A DNA stretch of 64,000 nt from an uncultured delta proteobacterium. Its GTDB lineage: Bacteria > Myxococcota_A > Polyangia > Haliangiales > Haliangiaceae. The notes under the pieces were generated by a model that worked only from the letters and a program-made list of their open reading frames with translations, made no database searches and was not told where the DNA came from. Within the stretch, counting starts at the first letter, position 1; the number at the start of each line of letters is the position of its first letter. Shown here piece after piece: positions 46,885-57,646 of this stretch. Where the stretch lies: positions 192,001-256,000 of the forward strand of contig CAWKDB010000011.1 of NCBI GenBank assembly GCA_963848295.1. The letters run 5' to 3'. A program made the position numbers and the translations under genes.

Positions 46885-47078
46885 GGCTCGGCTCTTCCAA
46901 GAGCAAGCGGCGATCCACGATCCGCCGCCTGATCTTGGCTAGTTATACGCCGGTTCCGCCAACAGCGTTGGCAGGGCGCCACCTTCGGTGGGGCCGCGAC
47001 GCCAGCGCAGCAAGACGGCCGACCGAGTCCTCAGGCCGAGGGTCTACGAGCCTCCAAGGCCGACGATCGGTCCCCGCC

Positions 47079-47591
47079 CTAGTGGTAGTCGTAGTGCGGG
47101 CTGGTCGCGAGGGTCGGGCGAAGCGTGCGGACCGTGCCGTCGTGCTCGATCGTGAGCACCGCGCTCGTGCCCGGCGCCGTCGACGAGATCCGTTGGATCA
47201 GCTCTGACCGGGTCTCCATCGGGACGCCGTCGACCGCGAGGATGTGGTCGCCGCGGGACAGCCCGATCGCTTCCGCCGGAGTGCCGTGGATGACCTCGAT
47301 CACCGCGAGCTTGCCATCGACGAGGTTCGTCGTCACGCCGAGGTAGCCGCGCGGCTGTTCGAGGTCGGCCGGCACCTCGACCATCCGTGCGTACGGACAG
47401 TGCGTCGTCATGCTGTCGGCGACTTGCATCGCCATCAGCGTCGTCGCGAGCGCGAGCCCGGACGCCACGCCGGCCATCGTGCAGACGACGGCGACCGTAC
47501 CGAGGCCGCGGTTGCGCTCGTTGGGGAGCAGCGCTTCACGACGAAGCACCGCGGGGAGAAGACTAGGCTCGGGGTTCGGCTCGGCAGACAT
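47079..47591 (-). CDS. Membrane-anchored PDZ domain protein
   Basis: TM helix; GYLGV, VIHGTPAEAIGLSRGDHILAVDG. Confidence 0.85.
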   Translation of the reverse strand: MSAEPNPEPSLLPAVLRREALLPNERNRGLGTVAVVCTMAGVASGLALATTLMAMQVADSMTTHCPYARMVEVPADLEQPRGYLGVTTNLVDGKLAVIEVIHGTPAEAIGLSRGDHILAVDGVPMETRSELIQRISSTAPGTSAVLTIEHDGTVRTLRPTLATSPHYDYH

Positions 47592-47728
47592 CTCAGGTCC
47601 CTCGCTTTTTGGTCTTACTCACCACTATACGCCGCGCGCGCCGCAACACCATCGGGAACAATCACCGACGACAATTAATCCCCATGAGGTCCGAATTTTG
47701 AGAGCCGTGTTACCGTCTGGGCCGTAGG

Positions 47729-50700
47729 GTGAAGAGGTCCCAACGGCGACGCCTGCGGTGGTTCCTCGCCATCGCGCTCTCGGTCGTGCTCGTGCTGGGC
47801 GTGGCCTTTGCGGTGCTGCGCATCAAGTTCGAGGGGGCCGGTCTCGCGGACAAGGTCGCGTCGATCCTCAACAAGCGGATGCGCGGCCGGATCGAGATCG
47901 GGTCGATCGAGTGGCCGACCTCGGCGCTCGAGACGGCGGTCACGGGCGGCTGGATCCCGATCACGGTGCACGATGTGCGCGTGTGGGACGATTGCGCACT
48001 CAGCGCGGCGATCCCACAGGGCGATCCCGACGAGATCCGCAAAGGCGATCCGAACGAGGACTGCACTCCGGACGACCGCCCGGACCCGGATCCGAAGTCG
48101 AAGCGGCAGCCGCGCAAGCTGCTGCTGTCGACGCCGCTGATCACCGGCGAGATCGATGCGCACGCCGCGATGTTCGGCAACCACAACCTGGTGGTTCGCA
48201 ACCTGTGGGTGCACGGCGGCCAAGCGCTGCTCGAGCAGACGCGCGAACCGCAGCCGCTGCACGCCTACGATCGCACGATCGTCAGCATCGTCACCGCGTT
48301 CTATCCCCGGCTCAGGGCCGGCTTCCGGGCAGGCATCTTCGCGGACACCGCGCCGCCGATCTTCGATCTGCGCGACATCCACATCGAAAACCTCGATCTC
48401 ACGGTCCACGTCGCGCCCCAGAGCACCAGCGACGGCTCGGTCATGTACGGCATGACCGCGCAGGTCGACGGCGTCAACGTCGATGCCGGCCCCGACGCCG
48501 GGACGCCATGCGGCGGCAAGCACGAGTGCGCGTCGCTGTACATGGACGGCACCGATCCGCTCGTCGCGAAGTTCTACGTCAACCTCGCGTTGACCGGCCG
48601 GCACGGCACGGTGCGTATCCTCGACAAGGGCCCGCGCGAGTCGTTTCGCATCGCCGCCGAGAATCCCGATCGCCACAAGCGCCATGCGCGATACCAGATC
48701 GAGCTCGCCGACATTCGCCTCGATCGGCTCGCGCAGCTGCCGACGGATTGGGCGCGCCACAACTTCGTCGCGAATACGCTCGAGCTCGACGGCACGCTGC
48801 ACACCCTCGCGTGCGCGGGCGACGACGGTGTCGCGGCCCCGGCGACCGACGGCGCCGAGGTTCACATCGGCGGCGAGCTGCTGAACTACTGGGATCGACC
48901 GTACGACGGCGAATGGGCGCTCGCGCTCGACGCCAAGAACCTCGGGCCGACGCTACGGACGTGCATCAACCACAAGCTCGGCGGCGACAACCTGGCCGGC
49001 ACGATCGCGCTGTCCGGCCCGTTCATCGCGCAGCCGAAGGTCCGCCTCGATCTCCACGATCTCGACTTCGACCTGCCGCTGCGGAGAGATCAGGAACCGC
49101 TGAGGCTCACGCTCGCGGAGGTCCACGGCGAGATCGATCTCGTCAACGAGCACGGCTCGATCGAGAAGACCAAGGCGCTCGTCCGCAACGGCAAGGAGCC
49201 CGGCGAGATCGAGGTATCGGCCGACTTCGACCTCCGGCCGTATCGCGCGACCGCGAGTGTCGACATCACGAAGCCGATCGACGTCGGGCGGTTCTTGCCG
49301 GTTACGATCGCGAGCTCGGTCGGTCGGTTCCTGTCCGGCAAGCTGACCGCCGAGGGCGACGTCGACACCGGGTTCGCGCTGCGCGACTTCGACCTCGCGC
49401 TCGGCGACACGCCGGCCGACAGGGTCGTGCGGGTCCATGCCTCGGGCACCGGTCAGATCTTCACGGCAGATGGCTTCGATACGATCCAGATCCGCCGCGT
49501 CATGGTCGACGCGGGGCAGACCCACGCGCAGTTCGACGGCCCGATCTTCATCGCGAAGAACGACATGCGCGTGCACTGGACCGGCGAAGCGCCCGATCTC
49601 AAGGTCTGGCTCAAGCGCTTCGGCCTGCCCGAGTTCGCCCAGAGCGCAGGCGGCGGCGGCGATCTGACCGGGCCGATCACGTCGCCGCGGATCACCGTGA
49701 CGACCGAGCTGTCGGGGATCCCGTGCATCGACAAGATGAAGGTGCAAGACGCCGAGTACGCCGACGGCATGATCACGATCAGGCAGCTGTCGACCGAGGG
49801 GCTCGGCGGCGCGATGACCGCGACCGGCGTCATCCACGTCGCGAACGGTCAAGCGATGATCGAGAAGCTGCACATGTCCGGGACCGGGCTGCGCGGCGAC
49901 AAGCTGTGCGGGCTCGGCGGCGACCGGCTGAAGGGCACGATCGACAGCGCCGAGATCGACGTCCGCGGCACGGTCGACAAGAACCGGTCGATCGTCGACT
50001 GGCTCGATCACATCAAGCTGCGCGCGACCGCGAAGCAGCTCAACGTCTATGGCGACGGCTACTCCGATGTCGCGGTGTGCGTCAATCGCGACGACGACGC
50101 GACCTGCCGGCTGCGCACCACCGACGTATCCGCGAACGATCTCGCGCAATGCACCGCCGCGAAGCAACGCGGCGGCTCGTGCGCGGTGGCGTCGGCCAGG
50201 CGCGACGACGGTGGCACGCTCGACGTCACGCTCGCGAAGCTGCCCGCGTCGGGCGCCGGCAAGCGCGCGACCCCCGCGATGCTCGCCGGCGCGATCGCCC
50301 TCGATGCGGTCCCGCTCGCCGCGCTCGACCAGCTCCTCGGCCCGGACACGGTCGGCGGCATGCTCAGCGCGCGGCTCCACGTGTCCGGATCCGCCGATGC
50401 GAGGGGCGTGTTCAACCCTCAGCTCGCGGGCAAGCTCGGAGTCACCGGCGGTCGCGCGCTCGATGCGTTCATCGGCGACGCGGTGCTCGCGCTCACGCCG
50501 GTGACCGTGCGCGGCGTGCCCGGGATCGAGCTGCGCGGCAAGCTGCTCGCCGACCGGCTCGACATCACCGCGCGGATCGGCACGCGCGCGCCCTACCCGG
50601 TCGAGCTCGTCGTGAACGCGAGGCGAGTCGAGATCGATCCGTTCGTCGACATCGCGAAGGCGCTCGGCATCTCCGAGACGGTCCAAGCCTGGGCGTCGGG

Positions 50701-52903
50701 GCGCGTCACGCTCGACACCGAGCTCGCTCCGCTCGACGGCAAGCCGGCGCAACCCGAGGCGTGGGTCGAGCTGTCCGAGCTCGCGGTCATGGTCGACCAT
50801 CGCGCGCGCGATGGCCGGCTGACCCAGCTCGGCGTCGAGCTCGTCGATCAAGGGCCGGATCGCCCGGCGATGTCGATGCACCTGACCAAGTCATCGCTCG
50901 TGCTCGCCTGCCGCGACGCGCGATCTCCCGCCGGCTCGCCGTGTGACGCCAAGCTGCGCACGCCTGCGGGCGATGTCGTCGTCAGCGGCCAAGCGACGGC
51001 CGCCGGCATCGCGTTCAACGCGAACGGCGATCTCGACCTGCACCGGCTCGCCGGCATGCTCGACAACCAGTTCGACGACGTGCGCGGCGGCCTGCTCGTC
51101 GCCGCCAGCGTGACCGGGCCTTTGTCGAAACCGAGCTACCAGATCACCGCGGACCTCGACGCGCTCCAGCTCCGGCCGGTCGGCAGCGACACCGTGATCC
51201 AGGTGTGCCGCCGGCTGATCGATGTCGATCATCCCGACGCCACCGACCTCGTCCGCGATCCGGATTGCCAGATCAAGCTCGCGAACGGCAGCCTCGGGTT
51301 CAACAACCTCAAGCTCAGCGTCAAGGACGAGCGCAGCTATCAAGAGGGCGAGCTCGTGATCCACGGCGGTATCGGCCTCGACGGCTTGCGGCCGAAATCG
51401 TGGGGCGTATTCATCGAAGGCACGATCGCCGGCAAGATGTTGCTCGCGGCGATCCCGAGCCAGTTTTCCCAGGCGAGCGGCATCGCATCGATCGACGGCG
51501 AGCTCGTGCTCAGCGGCAGCGGCCCGCTACCGCTGCTCGACGGCGCGATCAGCTTTAGCGCGCCGAAGAAGGGCGATCCGCCGCTCGCGGTCACGGCGCG
51601 GGGCTTTCGCCACGAGCTCGAGCTCCGCGATGGTCGTGTCGAGGTCCGCACCGAGGCGGTCGGCGACCATCGCGAATACACGCTCACGATCGGGTGTGGC
51701 CTCGACGCCGACGCCGATTGCGACCCCCACGACGACATCACGGCCGCGATCGACGGCGAGGGCTCGATCCACAACTTGCACGGGAGCGTGACCCTGCGCG
51801 ACGGCCTGCCGACACGCGCGCACGTCGAGCTCGACGCCGACGACCTGCCCTATCGCGTGCCGGGGACGCTCGACCTCCAGCTGTCGGCGCGCGACGTCTC
51901 GCTCGACTTGCCGGACGAGCACTCGCCGGTCAGAGTCCGCGGCTCGATCTCGGTCGTCAACGGCCGCTATCTGCGCGACGTCCAGGTCACCGACGCACTC
52001 AAGCTCGCACCTACGACCGCGGCTCCCGCCGGTGGACTCGTGACGACCGCGTTCGGCGGCGCCGATCTCCAGCTATCGCTCGATATCCGGCGGTTCAGCG
52101 TCGTCGACAACCTCGGCACGATCGATCTCGAGGGCTCCTCGATCCAGATCAAGGGCACGCCGCGCGATCCGCGGCTCAACGGCTCGATCCGGGTCACCCG
52201 CGGCGACTTCAAGATCCCCGGTACGCGTGCTCGGTTCACGCGGACGAGCGGGTCGATCGACTTCGCGGAGAACGCGCGCGCCGGCAACCCGCGCCTCGAT
52301 ATCACCGCAGACGACCCGGCCTTCCTCGATCTGTCCGGGCAACAGCACATCATCACGCTGACCGTCACCGGCACGCTCGAGCAGCTGCAGTGGGACCTGC
52401 GGACGTCGACCGGCTACAACAAGTCGCAGACGCTGTCGCTGCTGCTGCTCGGCCGCAACCCCGAGCAGCTGCGCCGCTCGCTCGGCGATCAATCGCTCGG
52501 CTCGAACCCGACGCTGATCGATCCGACGACGAACCCATCGACCGGGTTCGCGGACGAGATCGTGAAGGATCTCGCCGGCGACTGGGTCTCCGGCCTCGTC
52601 GGCCAGTCGGTCCAGAAGATCCTGCCGCTCGATGTCCTGCGGTTCGAGCTCGGGTTCGGCACGGTCGGTGTCTACGCCGAGAAGAAGGCGCTCGACAGCA
52701 TCAAGTTCATCGGCCGCGCCGAGCAAACGATCCGCGGCACATCGCTCGAGGTCCGCGGTGAGCTGCAGAGCACGCTCCACGTGTTCTCCGGGGATTCGCC
52801 GCGCCTCACCGCCGGTCTGCTCCAGAAGAACTACTACGACCCGTCGGAGATCGACATCACCGATTGGCACGCCAGCCTCGCGTATCGCCTGTTCATCCCG
52901 TGA
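47729..52903 (+). CDS. TamB/AsmA-like translocation-assembly module protein (1724 aa)
   Basis: N-terminal TM anchor, long beta-rich body, C-terminal IQIKGTPRDPRLNGSIRVTRG...GSIDF...NPRLDITA (DUF490-like). Coupled to an Omp85 gene. Confidence 0.8.
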   Translation: MKRSQRRRLRWFLAIALSVVLVLGVAFAVLRIKFEGAGLADKVASILNKRMRGRIEIGSIEWPTSALETAVTGGWIPITVHDVRVWDDCALSAAIPQGDPDEIRKGDPNEDCTPDDRPDPDPKSKRQPRKLLLSTPLITGEIDAHAAMFGNHNLVVRNLWVHGGQALLEQTREPQPLHAYDRTIVSIVTAFYPRLRAGFRAGIFADTAPPIFDLRDIHIENLDLTVHVAPQSTSDGSVMYGMTAQVDGVNVDAGPDAGTPCGGKHECASLYMDGTDPLVAKFYVNLALTGRHGTVRILDKGPRESFRIAAENPDRHKRHARYQIELADIRLDRLAQLPTDWARHNFVANTLELDGTLHTLACAGDDGVAAPATDGAEVHIGGELLNYWDRPYDGEWALALDAKNLGPTLRTCINHKLGGDNLAGTIALSGPFIAQPKVRLDLHDLDFDLPLRRDQEPLRLTLAEVHGEIDLVNEHGSIEKTKALVRNGKEPGEIEVSADFDLRPYRATASVDITKPIDVGRFLPVTIASSVGRFLSGKLTAEGDVDTGFALRDFDLALGDTPADRVVRVHASGTGQIFTADGFDTIQIRRVMVDAGQTHAQFDGPIFIAKNDMRVHWTGEAPDLKVWLKRFGLPEFAQSAGGGGDLTGPITSPRITVTTELSGIPCIDKMKVQDAEYADGMITIRQLSTEGLGGAMTATGVIHVANGQAMIEKLHMSGTGLRGDKLCGLGGDRLKGTIDSAEIDVRGTVDKNRSIVDWLDHIKLRATAKQLNVYGDGYSDVAVCVNRDDDATCRLRTTDVSANDLAQCTAAKQRGGSCAVASARRDDGGTLDVTLAKLPASGAGKRATPAMLAGAIALDAVPLAALDQLLGPDTVGGMLSARLHVSGSADARGVFNPQLAGKLGVTGGRALDAFIGDAVLALTPVTVRGVPGIELRGKLLADRLDITARIGTRAPYPVELVVNARRVEIDPFVDIAKALGISETVQAWASGRVTLDTELAPLDGKPAQPEAWVELSELAVMVDHRARDGRLTQLGVELVDQGPDRPAMSMHLTKSSLVLACRDARSPAGSPCDAKLRTPAGDVVVSGQATAAGIAFNANGDLDLHRLAGMLDNQFDDVRGGLLVAASVTGPLSKPSYQITADLDALQLRPVGSDTVIQVCRRLIDVDHPDATDLVRDPDCQIKLANGSLGFNNLKLSVKDERSYQEGELVIHGGIGLDGLRPKSWGVFIEGTIAGKMLLAAIPSQFSQASGIASIDGELVLSGSGPLPLLDGAISFSAPKKGDPPLAVTARGFRHELELRDGRVEVRTEAVGDHREYTLTIGCGLDADADCDPHDDITAAIDGEGSIHNLHGSVTLRDGLPTRAHVELDADDLPYRVPGTLDLQLSARDVSLDLPDEHSPVRVRGSISVVNGRYLRDVQVTDALKLAPTTAAPAGGLVTTAFGGADLQLSLDIRRFSVVDNLGTIDLEGSSIQIKGTPRDPRLNGSIRVTRGDFKIPGTRARFTRTSGSIDFAENARAGNPRLDITADDPAFLDLSGQQHIITLTVTGTLEQLQWDLRTSTGYNKSQTLSLLLLGRNPEQLRRSLGDQSLGSNPTLIDPTTNPSTGFADEIVKDLAGDWVSGLVGQSVQKILPLDVLRFELGFGTVGVYAEKKALDSIKFIGRAEQTIRGTSLEVRGELQSTLHVFSGDSPRLTAGLLQKNYYDPSEIDITDWHASLAYRLFIP

Positions 52904-55900
52904 TGATCCGCGCTCGTCATTGGCTCGTCGTCGTCATCATCACCGCGGTGACCGGACGCGCGCACGCCGACGGCGCGGAAGTAGTGGCGAATCGCGTCCC
53001 GCAGCTCGATCTCGCACAGTGCATCAAGCAACGGGTCAACACGACGCCCGGCGAGCTGCCGCAGGTGGCGCCGCAAGCGGGCGGCGACTTGCCGATCCCG
53101 TGGACCGAGCTCGAGATCGCCGGCCCGTTGGTCGATCCGCCGGAGACGGTCAAGGGCCTGCTGCAACCGACGCTCGCGGGCATGCAGACGAGCCTGACCG
53201 AGGCGCGCATGCCGGAGCTCGCGAAGCTGGTCTCGGCTTTCGGCTACCAGCTCGTCGCGAAGACGACAAGCCCGTCGGGCAATGGCATCAGGCTCACGCT
53301 GCACCTCGCGCCGCTGCCCTTGATCCGCAAGGTCACGGTCTCGGTCTCGCAGGGCTGGTTTCCTTTCCAGAAGCCGTTCGACACCGAGATCCAGCGCCGG
53401 ATGAGGCTGCGCGTCGACAGCTACCTGCCCTACGACGCGCTCGCTCAGGATTGCGCGCTGGTCGAAGAGCAAGAGCGGATCCTCAGCTACTTGAAGGACG
53501 AGGGCTACTACGACGCGAAGGTCCACGTCACCCGAGCGCACGAAGCGGCGAGCGTCAACCTCAAGGTCCATGTCGACCTCGGCAACGAGTATCGGATCGG
53601 CAAGGTGACGACCGAGCCGAAGACCGGCCTCGCGCTCGATGCCGCGACGATCAAGAACACGCTGACCGAGTGTGCGCACGCCCTCAACTCGGAGAAGAAG
53701 TGGCTGTGCATCGGCACCGCTCGGTTCACGCGCGCGGGTCACCTGGCGGACCTGCAGCGCCTGCGCAAGCAATTCCAGCAGCGCGGCTACCCATCGGTGC
53801 GGATCCAATCGAGCTTCGATCAGCAACAACCCGACATCGACCGGCGGACTCACACCGTCAATGTCGCGTTGACGATCGATCAGCGCCGCCGGCTCGACCT
53901 CGTGTTCGAAGGCTTCGATCGCGACACGGTCAGCGCCGAGCAGCTGCGCAAGGCGACGACGTTCGACCAATCCGGGAGCGCCGACGACGTCGATGCCGCG
54001 GACTCCGCCCGCGCGCTGACCGCGTACCTCCAGGGTCGCGGATTCTTCGACGCACACGTCACGTGGACGCGCGATCGGTTCGACGACTTCGATCGGCTGA
54101 TCTACCGCATCGATCAAGGTCGGACGCGCGAGGTCACGAGCGTGACGTTCGCGGGCAACCGGCACCTGTCGAGCGAGACGCTGGCCGATGTGGTCGCGAC
54201 CAAGGTCGTGACGATCGCGGCGAGCTTGTTCGGCAGCGGCTCGGCGGTGACGTCGCCGCAGCTCACCGACGACGTCGCGCGCCTCGTCGACAAGTATCGA
54301 ACCGAAGGCTTCCGCGACACGAAGGTCTCGGTGTTCGCCGCGCCCGAGCTCGCCGCGCTCGGCGACCCGGCGCTGACCGCCGCGATGCTCGTCGCGAACC
54401 ACGGCGACCGGCTCGACGTCCGGTTCGACATCGACGAAGGCCAGCCGACCCTGTTGACCCAGATCGAGCTCACGATCGACGGCGATACCAAGGGCGAGCT
54501 GTGCAACGCCGCGCTCGCCGAGCTCGCCGAGCTGCTCGGCGACAAGCAGGTCGCGAACCGCGCACCCGGCACCGCGTGCATCACGTACCCGACGAACATG
54601 CGCTATCGCGAAGACGCGGTCACCGCGGCCAAGGATCAGCTGCGCGACTGGATGTTCGGCCTGGGCCGACCCCGCGCGAAGGTCGAGGAGCTCCCGATCG
54701 AAGCACCGTTGCCCCACCGCGTGATCGTGCACTACCGGATCTCGAACACCTCGGTGCTCCGGGTCGGCAAGATCGTCGTGCGCGGCAACTTCAAGACCCG
54801 GCAGTCGGTGATCCTGCAGCTCGCGAAGCTCAAGGAAGGCGAGAAGCTCACCCGCGACCGGCTCGCCGAGGGGGCGCGCAAGCTGCGCAACACGGGCCTG
54901 TTCAACTCGGTGCACATCGAGCTCCCGGAGCTCGATCAAGACGAGACCGGCGCGGCGAGCGATGTCATCAACGCCGTGATCGAGGTCGAAGAGCGCTACG
55001 ACAACACCGCGCAGATCGACCTCGAGCTCGGCGGTTCGACGTACAGCGGGCTCTACGTCAAGATCGAGGACACTCAGGCGAACATCTTCGGGTCGGGGCT
55101 TTCGCTCAACCTGTCGGGCACGCTCGGCACTCAGATCCAAGACCTCGAAGGCACGCTGACCATCCCGAACTGGCTGGTCGATCGGGTCTCGCCGATCGAT
55201 TTTCGCGGCGATATCACCGCGCTGATTCGCCAGCAACAGACCGTGCGGTTCGGTCAGCTCACGACGAAGGGGGTGACCGTCGGCGGCAGCCACACGTGGA
55301 ACTTCCCACACACGCGCAAGCAGGTCGCTCACACGATCAACCTCGGCTTTCACTACGACTTCCGGTTGCGCACGCGCGACGTCGACGCGCTGCGGCCGAT
55401 CGGCGCGGACAACGACGCGCCGCAGGTGCCGGTGTCGACGAACGCCGGCTCGGTCGGCGCCGACTTCTACTGGGAGCAGCGCGTCGATCGCAACGGCGCC
55501 GCCGCACCGCTCGCGCCGGAGGAGGGCTTCCGGCTCGAAGCCTCGGCGTCGATCGCGAGCACGGCGCTGTTCGGAGACGATGACTTCATCAAGGTCTCGG
55601 CCTCGGCGTCGCGATTCCACCTCGTCGGGAAGAATCTGCTGCTGCGCGCCGACTTTCGCTACGACCAAGGCTTCCCGCTCGGCGGTGCGGTGCTGCTGCC
55701 CGAGGTCGAGCGGTTCTTCGCCGGCGGCGACACCACGGTGCGCGGCTACAACGACGATAGACTCGCGACCGAGGTCGTCCAGGTCGGCGTGCCGCCGATC
55801 GGCAACGTCTCGCAGATCCGCGTACTGCCGGCGGGCGGCAACATCCGCCTGCTCGGCAGCCTCGACGCCCAGCTGCGCATCAAGAGCGTGTTCGCGACCG

Positions 55901-56109
55901 CGCTGTTCCTCGACACCGGCATGATCACGAACCAATGGGCCAACGTCACGACCGACAACATCCGCCCCGCCGTCGGCATGGCGCTCGTCCGCATCGTCAC
56001 CCCGTTCGGAGCGCTCGCCCTCGAGTACGCCGTCCCCCTCCACCCCGAGCTCGGCGACGACCCGCGCGGCCGCTGGCACATCAGCTTCGCGGCGCGCGCC
56101 CAGTTCTAA
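52903..56109 (+). CDS. Omp85 family (TamA/BamA-like) protein with POTRA domains
   Basis: Repeated Y...G(Y/F) POTRA motifs, VRGNFKTR, ERFFAGGDTTVRGY, TPFGALALEYA, terminal Phe. TGATG overlap. Confidence 0.9.
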   Translation: MIRARHWLVVVIITAVTGRAHADGAEVVANRVPQLDLAQCIKQRVNTTPGELPQVAPQAGGDLPIPWTELEIAGPLVDPPETVKGLLQPTLAGMQTSLTEARMPELAKLVSAFGYQLVAKTTSPSGNGIRLTLHLAPLPLIRKVTVSVSQGWFPFQKPFDTEIQRRMRLRVDSYLPYDALAQDCALVEEQERILSYLKDEGYYDAKVHVTRAHEAASVNLKVHVDLGNEYRIGKVTTEPKTGLALDAATIKNTLTECAHALNSEKKWLCIGTARFTRAGHLADLQRLRKQFQQRGYPSVRIQSSFDQQQPDIDRRTHTVNVALTIDQRRRLDLVFEGFDRDTVSAEQLRKATTFDQSGSADDVDAADSARALTAYLQGRGFFDAHVTWTRDRFDDFDRLIYRIDQGRTREVTSVTFAGNRHLSSETLADVVATKVVTIAASLFGSGSAVTSPQLTDDVARLVDKYRTEGFRDTKVSVFAAPELAALGDPALTAAMLVANHGDRLDVRFDIDEGQPTLLTQIELTIDGDTKGELCNAALAELAELLGDKQVANRAPGTACITYPTNMRYREDAVTAAKDQLRDWMFGLGRPRAKVEELPIEAPLPHRVIVHYRISNTSVLRVGKIVVRGNFKTRQSVILQLAKLKEGEKLTRDRLAEGARKLRNTGLFNSVHIELPELDQDETGAASDVINAVIEVEERYDNTAQIDLELGGSTYSGLYVKIEDTQANIFGSGLSLNLSGTLGTQIQDLEGTLTIPNWLVDRVSPIDFRGDITALIRQQQTVRFGQLTTKGVTVGGSHTWNFPHTRKQVAHTINLGFHYDFRLRTRDVDALRPIGADNDAPQVPVSTNAGSVGADFYWEQRVDRNGAAAPLAPEEGFRLEASASIASTALFGDDDFIKVSASASRFHLVGKNLLLRADFRYDQGFPLGGAVLLPEVERFFAGGDTTVRGYNDDRLATEVVQVGVPPIGNVSQIRVLPAGGNIRLLGSLDAQLRIKSVFATALFLDTGMITNQWANVTTDNIRPAVGMALVRIVTPFGALALEYAVPLHPELGDDPRGRWHISFAARAQF

Positions 56110-56134
56110 AGGTGACGCTGTCTCTTTTGTCAAC

Positions 56135-57505
56135 TTAGGGGCAGTTCGCGGTGCGCCACGCGTTGGTCGGGTAATCGATGAACGTGCCGACGTAGTTCGA
56201 TCCCGCCTGGGCCTGCAGCTCCGCGCCGTTGACCGTCACGTAGTACTCGACCTGGAGCTGGACGTACATCCCGTCGCTGGTCGGCGACGCCGGCAGCTCC
56301 GGGCAATGGAAGTCGCGGAACGGATCGAGCGCGCGCCATGACTGCGCGTACTGCGCGTTGTTGCCGACCTGTGCGTCGTAGCCGACCGGCGTGATCGTCC
56401 AGTCGCTCGCCGCGGTCGGGTTGACGACGCGCCAGTGCAGCTCGGCGTCGAGCTGCTTCCACAGATCCGGATCGGGCACGTCGGTCTCGCCCGGCTGATA
56501 GACCTGGAAGCACAGGTTCGTGATCGTCGCCTGCTCGCGCGCCCACGTGTCGTAGGTGAAGCCGGTGACCGCGTCCGCCGCGCCATCGCAGTGGCTCGAG
56601 TCGTCGCGCGTGATGAGGTTGCCGGCGAGGCCGAGCCATTGCGGCGGGGTCTCGATCGCGAACTGGTAGTTCGCGCCTTCGTTCGAGTCATACGAGGTGC
56701 AACCCGTGGCGTCGGTGTTCACGAACCACACCTCGATCCCGCGCGCGCCGTCGGTCGGGATCGTGAACGTCGCGGTCGCGTTCGCGACGCTGGTCGCGAG
56801 CAGCTCGCCCGAGCCATCGAACAGGAGGTTCGCGGTGACGTCCCAGCCGGCGCCGCGGCAGGTCGGTGCGCGCGAGGCGTCGTAGACGATCGTCACGGTG
56901 CCGCCGGGGACGAGCACGCCGGTCTGCTCGACCGTGAAGTCAGGCGCGAACGTCAGCGTCGCGCCGCGCGAGTCGGTCGGCGCCTGGCAGGTGCCCGGCG
57001 CATCCCAGATCGACCAATCGTTGTCCGGGTTCGCCACGTAGGCCGCGAGGTCGTCGGAGTTGCGGTTGTGGTCGAACAGCCTGCCGCCACCGGGCAGCGG
57101 CAGGTAGGGAATCGCGGTCAGCGCCTGGTTCGCGGTGTCCGGCCCCGGGTCATCCTGGTCGATCGTGATCGTGAACCGCAGCCCCGTGCTCGTCGGATCG
57201 ACCAGCCCGGACACGCTGGCCCAGCCGCCGTCGTTGGTCTGGTACAGCATCGACGGAACCAGACCGGCGGTCGCCGCGTCCTGGGAGATCGTCACGTCGG
57301 CCACGAACACCCAGCCATCGGCGTCGGTGATCGTCGCGCCGCTGCCGTCGGTAGCGCGCAGCATCTGGCGCAACACGACGTTGCAGTCGCGATCGGCCTG
57401 GTCGCTGCCTCCCGAGACATCGAGCTGCGGCGCAGGCGCCGAAGGCGTGGTCGTGGCGGGATCGGCGCAGGCGGCGAGCGCGACAAGGCAGACGAGCGAC
57501 TTCAC
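56135..57505 (-). CDS. DUF6209-like lipoprotein
   Basis: Lipobox [18 protein letters not shown]...[26 protein letters not shown]. Confidence 0.75.
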   Translation of the reverse strand: MKSLVCLVALAACADPATTTPSAPAPQLDVSGGSDQADRDCNVVLRQMLRATDGSGATITDADGWVFVADVTISQDAATAGLVPSMLYQTNDGGWASVSGLVDPTSTGLRFTITIDQDDPGPDTANQALTAIPYLPLPGGGRLFDHNRNSDDLAAYVANPDNDWSIWDAPGTCQAPTDSRGATLTFAPDFTVEQTGVLVPGGTVTIVYDASRAPTCRGAGWDVTANLLFDGSGELLATSVANATATFTIPTDGARGIEVWFVNTDATGCTSYDSNEGANYQFAIETPPQWLGLAGNLITRDDSSHCDGAADAVTGFTYDTWAREQATITNLCFQVYQPGETDVPDPDLWKQLDAELHWRVVNPTAASDWTITPVGYDAQVGNNAQYAQSWRALDPFRDFHCPELPASPTSDGMYVQLQVEYYVTVNGAELQAQAGSNYVGTFIDYPTNAWRTANCP

Positions 57506-57518
57506 GCGCGCGGACCTC

Positions 57519-57533
57519 GCACGTCACGTGCCA
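57519..57533 (-). promoter_or_regulatory. Sigma54 -24/-12 promoter
   Basis: TGGCACG-TGAC-GTGC on the minus strand (consensus TGGCACG-N4-TTGC), ending 13 nt before GTG 57505. Confidence 0.7.
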
Positions 57534-57646
57534 GGGCTCCCCCACGCGGAATCGACCGGTTGCAGCCGCCAGCGCGCACGAGCGCTGCCGAACGCAACAT
57601 CGGCGGTGGCGGTTCTGCTACAAGAGTCGCCCACAAGGAGACCACG

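Noticed and set aside
47758..50946. Long alternative-frame and antisense ORFs (e.g. 47758-50946, 52834-56133, 16173-18056)
   Set aside because: Arg/Ala-rich shadow frames typical of high-GC codon bias, overlapping well-supported genes.
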